Assembly (NCBI GenBank): GCA_002412065.1
Contig: GG730040.1
Span: forward strand, 2,311 to 66,310
Source: Candidatus Parvarchaeum acidiphilum ARMAN-4
GTDB lineage: Archaea > Nanobdellota > Nanobdellia > Parvarchaeales > Parvarchaeaceae
Direction: 5' to 3'
DNA: 64,000 nt
Of the stretch, positions 19,044-29,563 are shown one piece after another. Position numbers and translations under genes: made by a program. Under the pieces are notes generated by a model that was not told the DNA's origin, ran no database searches, and worked only from the letters and a program-made list of their open reading frames with translations. The stretch's first letter is position 1, and each line of letters opens with the position of its first letter.

Positions 19044-20795
19044 ATGCTATACTTAATTCTGATACCATTGCTTATTTCTGCCATTTTAATACCCCTACTG
19101 AAGGAAAGGAAGAGGCTAAGTTGGTTAGTTGCTTTGTCTGCAACTTTAGTATCCTTCCTGCTTTCAATTTTCTTCTTTATTTTATATTTTAATAAAAATG
19201 TAATAGAAAGTTATAACTGGTTCTCATTTGGGGGTTTATCTTTCTCCTTGTCATTTATTGGAAACAATCTGACAATTTTCATGGCTTTACTTGTTTCATT
19301 TATATCAATAATGGTTCTTTTGTTTGCAGGCGCTTATATAAAAAAGGAAAAGCAGGCCCGTTTCTATTCTGAGATGTCTTTTTTTATATTTTCTATGCTA
19401 GGTCTAGTTCTATCAAATAGCTTGCTTTTATTTTTTATATTTTGGGAATTTGTAGGCATAACCTCTTATCTTCTTATTGGATTTTGGTATGATCGGGAAG
19501 GGCCGGCTGTATCAAGTAAGAAAGCACTTCTAATAACAAGAGTAGGAGATCTTTCATTCCTCACTGCTATAATAATAATATTTTCTTCGATCAAGACCTT
19601 TTCGATATCAACACTTCTGGTATCGATTTATTCTATGCCCACAACAGTAATAATATTAACCGGATCTCTTTTTACAATTGCAGCGCTTTCAAAAGCCGCT
19701 CAGTTCCCATTTTATACCTGGTTAATAGATGCTAAGGAAGGTCCTACTCCAGTAAGTTCTTTGCTTCATTCTGCTACAATGGTTGCAGCAGGTGCTTACC
19801 TGTTAGTAAGGCTGCTTCCGCTTATTTCTGCAGCCGGCCTTCAGAATCTAATAGTTATTTTAGGATTTGTTACCGCATTTATTGGTGCATTATTAGGTTT
19901 AAGAGAAAGGCATCTGAAAAAGATACTTGCTTATTCAACGATAGAAAGCTTGGCTTTCATGTTTATAGCTATAGGCACTTTGAATGCAGGAGGAGCTATA
20001 TTTTACTTATTTACACATGCAGTTTTCAAGTCAATGCTTTTTGTAATAAGCGGGGCGCTTGCGCTTACATTTGGAACATATGACCTATATGAACTCAGCA
20101 AAAATAAGTTAGGAGGTATCTGGCTTACTATACCTTCTTTTATTGGTTTTGCTTCAATTTCTGCCATCCCTCCCTTTATGAGTTTTTTCGCCCATTCTGC
20201 ACTTACATATAATTTCAATATATTCGAGAATATAGCATTTATTTTTGTAGCGTTTCTCACTGCGCTTTTTTCCTTTAGAGCGTTTTTTGTTATTTTTAGG
20301 ATTAAGGCAACTAAAGGGATAAAAAAAGAATTTAATCTTCTCTTCCCTATAATATTACTTTCGATTATATCTACTATAGGGGGGATCTTCTTGTTCTTTT
20401 TCAAGGATATAATAACTATTGAATACTCATTTGATATTTTCTCATTTATAGCACTTGCTTCAACTTTGTTTGGGGTATTTGTTTCGTATGAGTTCTTTTA
20501 TTTAAAGAAAGGCCAGTCATTTGTATCTAAAATGAATAGTTTAGGGTCAAAGCTTGCAAACTACAGGTATGAAAAATTTATAATCGCCGTAGGGAATGCA
20601 ATTTCAGATTTAGGTTTTTACTTCGGAAAGTTTGATTTTATGTTTTCGAACGCGATGTCCAGAGCTGCAGAATCGACCTTTGTATTATCCTCTAAAACAA
20701 GAGAAATTGAAAATGGAGATTCATTCAGGTATATAACAGCTGTTATTATAGGATTGACTGTTATTATACTAGTTGCGGTGGTTTTTGTATGGTAA
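19044..20795 (+). CDS. nuoL: NADH-quinone oxidoreductase subunit L / MrpA-like antiporter module
   Basis: FWEFVGITSYLLIGFW, KAAQFPFYTWLIDAKEGPTPVSSLLHSATMVAAG, THAVFKSMLF. Confidence 0.93.
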   Translation: MLYLILIPLLISAILIPLLKERKRLSWLVALSATLVSFLLSIFFFILYFNKNVIESYNWFSFGGLSFSLSFIGNNLTIFMALLVSFISIMVLLFAGAYIKKEKQARFYSEMSFFIFSMLGLVLSNSLLLFFIFWEFVGITSYLLIGFWYDREGPAVSSKKALLITRVGDLSFLTAIIIIFSSIKTFSISTLLVSIYSMPTTVIILTGSLFTIAALSKAAQFPFYTWLIDAKEGPTPVSSLLHSATMVAAGAYLLVRLLPLISAAGLQNLIVILGFVTAFIGALLGLRERHLKKILAYSTIESLAFMFIAIGTLNAGGAIFYLFTHAVFKSMLFVISGALALTFGTYDLYELSKNKLGGIWLTIPSFIGFASISAIPPFMSFFAHSALTYNFNIFENIAFIFVAFLTALFSFRAFFVIFRIKATKGIKKEFNLLFPIILLSIISTIGGIFLFFFKDIITIEYSFDIFSFIALASTLFGVFVSYEFFYLKKGQSFVSKMNSLGSKLANYRYEKFIIAVGNAISDLGFYFGKFDFMFSNAMSRAAESTFVLSSKTREIENGDSFRYITAVIIGLTVIILVAVVFVW

Positions 20796-22201
20796 ACTTA
20801 ACACTCCTTTTGATTGTTCCAGCATTAGGCATACTCTTAATTATATTAAGAAGATTTTATGAAAAGTTCGTTTCTCCAGAAATAATTGTATTTTCTGTTA
20901 TGGTATTGAATGCCATTTTGTTTGGATTAGGTTTGGTTTTTGGTTTTGGTAATTTTAGTGTAAATATAAACTCAAGTATAAGTTTAGCATTTTCTCTCCA
21001 AGAGAATTTCATAACCATACCATTTCTTTTTCTTGCAACGGTCGTGCCTCTTGCTATACTGTTGTTTGCTGTGAAGGAAATAAAAGAAAGTAAGGATATT
21101 TTCTATATTTTTTATCTTCTTGTTTACCTATCAGTTATATCCGTTTTTATATCCTCTAATCTGTTAATATTCTTTGTTTTTTGGGAGGTCGCAGTTCTAT
21201 CCCTTTTCTTTATTACAGGATTATGGGGAGACAAGAAAAAAGGAAAGAAAGCCGCAATGAAATTTTTAGTGTTTACACAGTTTGGAAGTCTCACTTTACT
21301 TGCAGTCTTTATACTTCTTTTTCTTTACACCGGCAGTTTCAATTTTTCTGTAATTGCATCAAAAATGTCTTTGTTGCCTTCTTATATTGAGTACATCGCA
21401 TTTTTCCTTCTTCTTATAACAGTTATGATAAAGATGCCAATATTTCCGTTGCATGGTTGGCTTTTAGATTCCTACTATTATTCCCCTTCTTCTGGAACAA
21501 TGTTCTTGTCAAGCATGCTTTCAAAATTAGGAGGATTTGCCTTTATTCTATTTGGTTTTGGTCTTTTTAGAAATGTGCTAATTGCCTTTCGTTTGCCGCT
21601 TATTTCTTTAGGAGTTTTTACTGCTGTATACATTGCATTTACAGCTTCTGGTCAAAAGGACCTGAAAAAACTTCTTTCTTATTCAAGTATGTTTTATATG
21701 GCCCTGATTTTTATAGGAGTATCTTCTGGGGTTAATACTGCTATTGCAGGTTCTATTTTATTGATGGTAAGTCATGCTTTCATAATAACGTTGTTGTTTG
21801 GAGTTTCGTATATACTACTAAAGAGGACAGGTACAAATGAGATGGAAAGTATGGGAGGTATTATGTCGAAGATGCCGATACTTTCTTTTTTCTTGGTATT
21901 TGGCATATTTGCAAGTCTAGGCATACCTGGTTTATCTAATTTTCCCGGAGAACTCTTGATATTTATAGGTTCATATAGTGTTGCAGGGATATCTCTTATC
22001 GCTATATTCGGAATAATGCTATCAACTAATTATTATCTAAGGGTTATTAAACAGTCTTTATTTGGGCAATTAAAAAAGACATTTGCAAGTTTGAAGGATA
22101 TATCAAGGGCCGAAGTAATAACTATGGGTTTCTTGTCGTTTTTTATACTTTTAATTGGATTATTCCCTTCATTATTACTAAACACCCTTGGAGGATTATA
22201 A
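20789..22201 (+). CDS. nuoM: NADH-quinone oxidoreductase subunit M
   Basis: FFVFWE, IKMPIFPLHGWL, SKLGGF, ASLGIPGLSNFPGE. Confidence 0.93.
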   Translation: MVNLTLLLIVPALGILLIILRRFYEKFVSPEIIVFSVMVLNAILFGLGLVFGFGNFSVNINSSISLAFSLQENFITIPFLFLATVVPLAILLFAVKEIKESKDIFYIFYLLVYLSVISVFISSNLLIFFVFWEVAVLSLFFITGLWGDKKKGKKAAMKFLVFTQFGSLTLLAVFILLFLYTGSFNFSVIASKMSLLPSYIEYIAFFLLLITVMIKMPIFPLHGWLLDSYYYSPSSGTMFLSSMLSKLGGFAFILFGFGLFRNVLIAFRLPLISLGVFTAVYIAFTASGQKDLKKLLSYSSMFYMALIFIGVSSGVNTAIAGSILLMVSHAFIITLLFGVSYILLKRTGTNEMESMGGIMSKMPILSFFLVFGIFASLGIPGLSNFPGELLIFIGSYSVAGISLIAIFGIMLSTNYYLRVIKQSLFGQLKKTFASLKDISRAEVITMGFLSFFILLIGLFPSLLLNTLGGL

Positions 22202-23555
22202 AATGGAATACCTAAATCCACAATACGTTTTATTTGCTGGGATACTAGCTATTATACTTCTTGATTTTTTAAGGCATAGTGCAAAAAGTGATAAGAAGGC
22301 CTTTTTGCATTATCTAACTGCCGCTGTTTTTGGCCTTGCATTTATTTTTGATATTTTGTACGGCAATATGGATATAAGCTTGTTTTCGGAAGTTTCTTAT
22401 TCTCAGTTTGTGGTCGGCTTTATGTTATTTATCTCATTTTTTGTATATCTATTTATAATATCAGATAAGAATGATCATAGTATTGCATTAGATATATCCT
22501 ACCTATCTGCTGTTCTTGGTTCAACGCTTGTGGTAATATCAAGCAATTTAATCTCCTTATTTTTATCAATCGAGTTACTATCAATAGCGTCATATGCATT
22601 GGTTTACATGTATAAATCAGGGAATGCACTAGAAGGCGCTGTAAAATATCTTTCAACTGGCATAATCTCAATGGTTATTTTGATCTTTGGAATATCGCTT
22701 ATATATGCTGGGGCAGGTACACTGTCTTTCTCTTCCCTGCACGTAATTTCGTATCTCCCATTTATTGCTGGTGTTGCAATAGTTATAGCAGGGCTTGGAT
22801 TTAAATCAACATTGGTTCCTTTTCACATGTGGGCTCCTGATACTTATGAGGCCTCAAAAAGCTCTGTTACAGCATTTATATCTTCTGTATCCAAAGCAGC
22901 AGGCTTAATTGCAATGATAAGAATATTTTTCTTTGCATTGCCAGTTTCTTCAGCATTTGTAACGGTTCTTTTCCTTTCAATAGCTCTTATAACAATCTTT
23001 TTGAGCGCATTTCTTGCGTCTGTGCAAGACAGGATAAAGAGAATACTTGCGTATTCAAGCATTTCACAGGCAGGTTTTGCATTCATAAGCATAGCAGTTC
23101 TTACAACAAGAGGGATAAATGCTGCAATATTTTATATATTTGCATTTGCAGTAGCAGATGCAATAGTGTTCCTTGCATATGATATGTTTGAGAACAAAAA
23201 GATTATCTATAAAAAACAAAGCAATTCAATTACGCAAGTTTCAAGGATAAGTGCAATAGCTTTTTTTATAGGAATATTGTCACTTGCAGGGTTTCCACCG
23301 ACAATAGGATTTTTTGGAAAGCTTTTAATCTTTTATGCCTTGTTTAGCAGTGGTTACTTTTTAGTTGTTATACTTACATTTTTCGCTCTTCTGGTTTCTA
23401 CTTTCTATTATTTTAATATACTGTCAGAAATGCATGTTGTTGATAAAATAATTAAAAATAAAAATAAAATAAAAATAAAAACCGAACAAAGGATAAAAGA
23501 AACAATCCTAATTATACTTACATTAGCTCTTTTTGTAGGGGTAATATTTGCATAA
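22188..23555 (+). CDS. nuoN: NADH-quinone oxidoreductase subunit N
   Basis: ELLSIASY, EGAVKY, FKSTLVPFHMWAPDTYE, KRILAYSSI, SLAGFPPTIGFFGK. Confidence 0.93.
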   Translation: MEDYKMEYLNPQYVLFAGILAIILLDFLRHSAKSDKKAFLHYLTAAVFGLAFIFDILYGNMDISLFSEVSYSQFVVGFMLFISFFVYLFIISDKNDHSIALDISYLSAVLGSTLVVISSNLISLFLSIELLSIASYALVYMYKSGNALEGAVKYLSTGIISMVILIFGISLIYAGAGTLSFSSLHVISYLPFIAGVAIVIAGLGFKSTLVPFHMWAPDTYEASKSSVTAFISSVSKAAGLIAMIRIFFFALPVSSAFVTVLFLSIALITIFLSAFLASVQDRIKRILAYSSISQAGFAFISIAVLTTRGINAAIFYIFAFAVADAIVFLAYDMFENKKIIYKKQSNSITQVSRISAIAFFIGILSLAGFPPTIGFFGKLLIFYALFSSGYFLVVILTFFALLVSTFYYFNILSEMHVVDKIIKNKNKIKIKTEQRIKETILIILTLALFVGVIFA

Positions 23556-23588
23556 GTAAAGAATTATAATTAATATAAATTCTGCTTA

Positions 23589-24293
23589 ATGATTCATATG
23601 GAAATAGAGGACTTTGATTTTAGATTCAAGAAGGGTTCTAGGGCCGTTTTTGTCGGAGATTATGCAATAGTTGGTGATATTCACCTCGGTTTCGAAGAAG
23701 AAATAAACGATTATGGTTACAATATCTGGGAAAAAACCGATGAAATAACTGGTAAATTAACAGCATTAAACTCAAAAAAACTTATTTTGTTAGGGGATAT
23801 CCGTAAAGAGTACACTCAAATAAAACCAAAAGAGGGCGGTGTTCTAATTAAATTTTTCTCGAATTTATCCAACAATTTTGATGAAGTAATTTTAACAAAA
23901 GGAAATCATGATGGTGGAATAGAGAAGATAACTGGCAGGTTTAACAACATTTTTGTTAAAAACGAGTTTATACACAACAAAATCGGTTTTATGCATGGAC
24001 ATGCATTTCCCTCGATGGAATTTATTAATAGTGTAAATACCCTCTGCATGAGCCACATACACCCTTCATTTACTTTTAAAGATTCAAATGGGGTAACATA
24101 CAAAGAAGACTGCTTTTTAATGCTTAAAATAAAGCTGCCAAAAACTGAATATCCTTCATCTAAGCTAAAAAATGCTTTAGTTCTGCCAAAATTTAATCCT
24201 TACATTGGAAGTTCTACAGAAATAAACAACAGGGGAATACTAAAATACTCCAAAATAGAAACAAGAATGACTTTAGATTTGGCAGTATTTTAA
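23589..24293 (+). CDS. Calcineurin-like metallophosphoesterase
   Basis: GDIHLG, LGD, GNHDG, HGH, HIHP motifs. Confidence 0.88.
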   Translation: MIHMEIEDFDFRFKKGSRAVFVGDYAIVGDIHLGFEEEINDYGYNIWEKTDEITGKLTALNSKKLILLGDIRKEYTQIKPKEGGVLIKFFSNLSNNFDEVILTKGNHDGGIEKITGRFNNIFVKNEFIHNKIGFMHGHAFPSMEFINSVNTLCMSHIHPSFTFKDSNGVTYKEDCFLMLKIKLPKTEYPSSKLKNALVLPKFNPYIGSSTEINNRGILKYSKIETRMTLDLAVF

Positions 24294-24333
24294 AAAGGAA
24301 TGGTTATAAATTAAAACCCTCCTTATAAATAAT

Positions 24334-25265
24334 ATGAGTCCAGGAGAGTTTTGGGTTTTTGTAATTGGTATACTAGCATTTATTGTGCTTTTTCTCTTGA
24401 GCATTTTTATCCCAAGCTTATTTTATGCGTTTATTCTCATTTTTATAATATTGTTAGCAGTAATCTTCTTTATCACTTTTGTAAAAAAATACAGCCAGTT
24501 TGAAAGAGGCATAATATTTAGACTGGGAAAGTTTAATCGTATAGCTGGTCCTGGCTGGGCGATAGTATTACCTTTTTTCGAAGAGGATACAAAAAAGTAG
24601 ATGTAAGAGTTAAAATGATGGAAATAACTTCATCAGACATATTTACTTCTGATGACCTGAAAATTTCCCTAGAAGGTACTATATATTATCAGATTGTGGA
24701 CCCTGAAAAGGCGACTTTGCAGATCGACAATTATGGGCAAGGGTTGTCAAACTTAGTTCAGTCCGCAATAAGGAATGCAATAGCTTCTTTAACTATGAGG
24801 CAGGTTTTTGGCAGCCTTGACAGGCTAAATGACATACTTGCAGATGCAATAAGACATATGACCTGGAAGTGGGGTATAGATGTACCTTCTGTTCAGGTTA
24901 GATCAGTTTCTCCTTCAAATGAGGTTATACAAGCTATGCAGCAGCCGGAGATTGCGGCTAATTTGTTGCAGGCCCAGCGGTTTAAGGCTGAAGCACAGAA
25001 AATAGTTATGGAAGCTATAGGAGAAGGCAGCAAGTCACTGGATGATAAATCCATAGTGTATCTCTATCTTCAGGCCCTTAAGCAGATAGGTGAATCTAGC
25101 TCTTCAAAGATAGTACTACCAATGCAGTTTATGCAAAACGCAGGAAGCATGCTTGGCGGGATAGCAGGTCTTTCTACAACTGCGCTTGCTTCTTTAGGTG
25201 GACAGGAAAATGTTCAGAATGTTATAGATAAAATAAAAGAGAAGATATCTCAAGTAAATTCTTAA
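24334..25265 (+). CDS. SPFH/band 7 (stomatin-like) protein, one frameshift near 24586
   Basis: QFERGIIFRLGKF..GPG, then in the other frame YKKVDVRVKMM...TSDDLKISLEG...WGIDV; adding one base joins the two ORFs. Confidence 0.88.
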
Positions 25266-25975
25266 TTTAATTGATCTAATATTCTATATATCTCTTGTAA
25301 GTTCTCTATTACAAAATCAGGTTAACTTTTAGAGATTTTATGTTTTTCTTCGTTGTATTTGTCAAAAAGCACAGTCTTCATACCTGCCGCCTTTGCATTG
25401 TCTATGTCTATTTCTGGAGTATCACCTACAAATAATACCTCATCTATTTTAAGTTTCAGCATTGCAGCTGTTTTTTTAAAAGCATTAGGGTCATGTTTAC
25501 TTTCCAGTATATTATTTCTTGCAATTACCTTTACATCAAACTTTCCATTGTAGTCAAATTTATCTAGAGTTGTTTTTTTAAGGCCAGGGTAAAGACCTTC
25601 TCCCGTTAATATTCCTATCTTTAAATTCCTCTTTTTAAGTCCATTCAATACCTCGTCTACTCCCTCTGTAAACTCCATCCGGTTAATAAGGTGGCTCTCA
25701 AAAATTTCTGAATATATATCTATTTGTTTTGCGTCTATGTCTAAACCACTTTCTTCTGCAAATATCTCATAGAAAAGTCGTTTGTATCTTTTAAGAGGGT
25801 CTACACGATCAAACTTTTTTTGGACTTTTTTCTTTATACTATCAAAGGTTTTCAAATCCATTGTTTTAAAATCTTCTTGCATCTTATTTAAAATTAATTT
25901 ATTAGCGTTGTCTATTGTTTTTGAAGAATTTATCAAGGTGTTATCAAAATCGAATATTATTCCTTTTATTTTCAT
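25262..25975 (-). CDS. HAD family hydrolase with an in-frame TAA at 25322-25324
   Basis: FDFDNTL, VGDTPEIDIDNAKAAG; the conserved tail PDFVIENLQEIYRILDQLN continues in frame after the TAA to a stop at 25262. Confidence 0.85.
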
Positions 25976-25986
25976 ATTATTAAATA

Positions 25987-26058
25987 AGCCTCCGACGGGT
26001 GCTGGCCCCGCGACCTTCTGCTTACAAGGCAGACGCTCTACCGCTGAGCTACGGAGGC
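25987..26058 (-). tRNA. tRNA-Thr(UGU) with an atypical T-loop
   Basis: GCCTCCG acceptor stem, D-arm GCTCAGCGGTAGAGC, anticodon loop CTTGTAA, T-arm GCGGG-GCCAGCA-CCCGT, discriminator U. Confidence 0.9.
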
Positions 26059-26127
26059 TTAATAAATCTAATTTAATAGTCTATTACATTCAAGTAAACT
26101 TATATATTTTATGTTTGTTGTTAATTT

Positions 26128-26757
26128 ATGTTATACATGGAAGAATACGAAGTAATTGAGCATTTAAAATCTAATCCAAAGCTCGCTGAAAATAAATTTT
26201 TGATAGTCGCAATAAATTACAAAGAACCGACTTATATAAAATTTCTAAGCGATTCTGATTTTAAAGTCGGAGATAAGGTAATGGTTGATAACAGTGATGT
26301 TTTTTTAAATCAGAAAAAAATAAGCCAGATATCTGAAGTAAAAAAGGCAAATGACATAAAGATTGATACTAGGTACGACATAAAATATACAGGAGGTTAT
26401 TCAATGGACGGTAAGAAAGTTTACTTGGACGAACATTTCCCTAAAAATATAAATGTTGACGGTAAAACCATTGATACTATAGAAAGTATTGACAGACATC
26501 ATGAAGTTACTGAAAAATGGCTTATAGACGATGCGTATGAGTATGCATATGCGCATGAGATTGCTACTAAAATTGAAAGAGAGTACGTTGAATCCTTAGG
26601 CATAAATTGGGATGATTATTGCAAGGAAGTAAATAAAAATCTGCATGAGGTTTATGCTTCAAAGGCCGAAAAGACTCCCTCCGATTTGGATTTAGCGCCA
26701 TATTTTTACTCAAAAGATGAAAAAGCGTTAAAGGAAATAAGAGAAACCAAAAATTAG
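26128..26757 (+). CDS. Hypothetical protein with a putative metal-binding HE..E/HE motif
   Basis: GGYSMDGKKVYLD, HHEVTEKWLID, YAHEIATKIE, DLDLAPY. Confidence 0.7.
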   Translation: MLYMEEYEVIEHLKSNPKLAENKFLIVAINYKEPTYIKFLSDSDFKVGDKVMVDNSDVFLNQKKISQISEVKKANDIKIDTRYDIKYTGGYSMDGKKVYLDEHFPKNINVDGKTIDTIESIDRHHEVTEKWLIDDAYEYAYAHEIATKIEREYVESLGINWDDYCKEVNKNLHEVYASKAEKTPSDLDLAPYFYSKDEKALKEIRETKN

Positions 26758-26811
26758 TGTGTTTTTATTTTTTGTATTAAAGCATTAATACAATTTAGAG
26801 TTATTTTTAGT

Positions 26812-27561
26812 ATGGATGTAAAATTTATAGATGCACATGCACACATAAGCGATAATTCATTGTTAAGTACTAGAGAGGAGTTTCTAGAAAAGATTTCAGA
26901 TTCTTATATTATACTAAACTCTGGCGAAAATAAGGAAGATAGCAAAAGAATATTAAATGATAGCAAAAATTACAAATTCTTACTGCCTTGTATAGGGTTA
27001 CACCCAAATAAAATAGCATATATGAGTTATGACAAGGCTCAAGAGGAGTTTAATTATATATTAGAAAACATAGACCAGTTTTTTGCAGTTTCTGAAATCG
27101 GTTTGGATTATAAAGGGAAAGATATATACCAAAACGAGCAGGAAAAAGAATTCCTTTACAAGATACTAGAATTATCTGAGGAGAAAAATAAGGTTTGTAT
27201 AATTCATAGTAGAAAGGCAATAGATGATATTTTTGACGCTGTTTCTAGCTTTAAATTAAAGGTAATATTACATAACTTTGAAGGTAACCTAAGACACCTA
27301 AATAAGGCGGATGAATTAGGAATAAACATCAGCATATCCACTGGTTTTATGAAGTTCAAAAAAGACAATATAATTAAAAATGTAAACTTGAGTAGGTTGT
27401 CTACCGAAACTGATTCTCCTGAGTTAAGTCCCGATAATAAGCTAAATACTCCTTTGAATATACAAAAACTATTAAATTATATATCTAGTATAAAAAAGAT
27501 GGGAGTAGAGGATATAAAATCAGCCGTATATAAAAATTTTATGGAGCTATTCTATGATTGA
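26812..27561 (+). CDS. tatD: TatD family DNase
   Basis: DAHAH, IGLHP, SEIGLDY, IHSRKA, ETDSP. Confidence 0.93.
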   Translation: MDVKFIDAHAHISDNSLLSTREEFLEKISDSYIILNSGENKEDSKRILNDSKNYKFLLPCIGLHPNKIAYMSYDKAQEEFNYILENIDQFFAVSEIGLDYKGKDIYQNEQEKEFLYKILELSEEKNKVCIIHSRKAIDDIFDAVSSFKLKVILHNFEGNLRHLNKADELGINISISTGFMKFKKDNIIKNVNLSRLSTETDSPELSPDNKLNTPLNIQKLLNYISSIKKMGVEDIKSAVYKNFMELFYD

Positions 27562-28467
27562 ATATGTTTTTTTGGGCACAAGCTCAGCTTTCCCAACGGT
27601 AAAAAGAAATCATCCAGGAGTTTATTTAATGATAAACGGGGACAGAATACTTTTAGATTGTGGCGAAGGAATTCAAAGACAAGTAAGAAAAGCAGGGCTG
27701 AGCCCATCTATAGATTATATTTTTATAACTCATTGGCATGGAGATCATTCTCTTGGGTTGGGGGGTATAATCCAAAGCTTAAACATGATGAAAGCAGTAA
27801 AACACTAAAAATATTTGGCCCTCTCAACACAGCTAATAGTGTAAAAAATATTATGCTTGCTTATAAATTTTATAATACTTTAGATTTAAAAGTAATTTCA
27901 TTGAATGCTCCTAAAGAAAAGATAATATTAACGAATAATAATTATGAAGTCTCTGCAATCAATGTAAAGCATTCTGTTAAATGTATTGCTTATAAAATAA
28001 AAGAAAAAGATGTAAGGAATATCTATATAGATAAAATTGCTAAAAAAGGGATAAAACCTGGAAAATTCCTAAGCAAGCTTAAAGAAGGAAAGGATATTGT
28101 GTATAATGGCATTAAATTAAAGTATAAAGAACTTACCTACGTTAAGAGAGGAAAGTCTATTGCTTATGTTACTGATTTAAGGTATAGTCGGGAGATTATT
28201 CCTTTTATAAAAGGAGTGGATACATTGATATTAGAAAGCACGTTTGGTGAGGAATTCAATAAATCTTACGAATTTTTTCATCTTAATATCAAAGAAGCAA
28301 TGTTGCTAGCTAAAAGTTCTGGGGCTAAAGAAGTCCAGTTTGTACATACAAGTCAAAGATATGAAAATGATAATTCAATGGTTAAAAGTGCCGCAGCAAT
28401 TTATTCTAAACTAAAATGCAATTTTAAGTACTCTTTTCCAGATGATTTCGATAAATTTGTAGTATAA
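27554..28467 (+). CDS. rnz: Ribonuclease Z, one frameshift near 27800
   Basis: FLGTSSAFPTVKRN, LDCGEG, THWHGDH, then KTLKIFGP...YVTD...ESTF...HTSQRY in the other frame. Confidence 0.9.
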
Positions 28468-28534
28468 TCACTGTAGACATTGCTGTTTCCATAATGGAAA
28501 CTTATTTAAATTTAATCCTCTTTATAAAAAAGGT

Positions 28535-29563
28535 ATGAATTCGTTAACAGTAAGTGTTATAGGGCCGTATAGATCTGGAAAATCCACTCTTGTTAATAAA
28601 CTTCAGCAGAGAAAAGGTGCGGAAGAAGATGTATCTTTTTTCTTTTTTAAATATGGCGGAAAGAATGTTACTTTGATAGATACACCTGGGGATATGGATA
28701 ACCCGACTACGTTAGCTTCAGTTCTTACTCTATCTGATAGCATAATCTTCTGTGTTTCTCCCGAAAATGGAGTTAACCTTCAAGTAGGTGAGCAGATAAT
28801 AATGGCCAGCTCCATTGGCATAAAACATGGGTTGATATGCATAACAAAAGCAGACATATCCACATCAGAAGAGATATCCAAACTTGAAAAACAACTTTCT
28901 GCAATTATAAAAGGAACATCCATGGAAAATTTTGAGATTACGGTTATAGATATAAACAATGATCAGAGCATGGCAGATATAAGAGCAAAAATTTCAAGCT
29001 TTCCTTACTACTCAGAAAATATAGAGAAGCCGTTTAAAATTTTTATAGATCATGCTTTTGAATCAAAAGGCATGTCTGTTGCTGTTGGTACTATGCCAAC
29101 TGGTAAGATAGGGATACATTCCGAGGGGGTTATAGCACCAGCACCTTTTACCAAAGATATCTCTATAAATTCTATCCAGATCAATCAGGAAGACATGCAG
29201 TCTGCAGAAGCCGGAGACAGAGTAGGCGTTGCAATAAAAGGTGTGTGGCCCTGGGATCTGCCAAGAGGGGTTGAAATAAGAAAGAAAAGTAGTTTTAGAG
29301 ATATTAATGAAGGGGATTTAACTGTGGATATAAGCCCATTATACAAACAGGAAATAATAAATGATGTAAAGCTTAATTTAATAGTGAATTGGCAGAATAT
29401 TGTCGTTACTCTTAGTAATGTAAAGCGTGAAAATAACAAAGTAACTGCTCATTTTGTTGCTGACAAAAATTTCTGTTTTGATGAAAATGATAAAATGCTA
29501 CTAATAAATAAAGATCTTCCAATAAGGTTTTTGAGAGTAGTTGGCAAAGCTATAATATCCTAA
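28535..29563 (+). CDS. SelB-like / EF-Tu family translational GTPase (aSelBL type)
   Basis: GPYRSGKST, DTPG, TKAD; domain II IDHAFESKG.SVAVG, SIQ...AEAGDRVGVAIKG; 342 aa, no SECIS-binding domain. Confidence 0.82.
   Translation: MNSLTVSVIGPYRSGKSTLVNKLQQRKGAEEDVSFFFFKYGGKNVTLIDTPGDMDNPTTLASVLTLSDSIIFCVSPENGVNLQVGEQIIMASSIGIKHGLICITKADISTSEEISKLEKQLSAIIKGTSMENFEITVIDINNDQSMADIRAKISSFPYYSENIEKPFKIFIDHAFESKGMSVAVGTMPTGKIGIHSEGVIAPAPFTKDISINSIQINQEDMQSAEAGDRVGVAIKGVWPWDLPRGVEIRKKSSFRDINEGDLTVDISPLYKQEIINDVKLNLIVNWQNIVVTLSNVKRENNKVTAHFVADKNFCFDENDKMLLINKDLPIRFLRVVGKAIIS

Noticed and set aside
23452-23482. AAAAAT-like microsatellite in the nuoN 3' end
   Set aside because: Imperfect low-complexity coding sequence (KNKNKIKIK); no sign of a phase-variable tract.
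25782-26159. 125-aa track ORF spanning tRNA-Thr
   Set aside because: Overlaps the tRNA and the antisense strand of the HAD gene.
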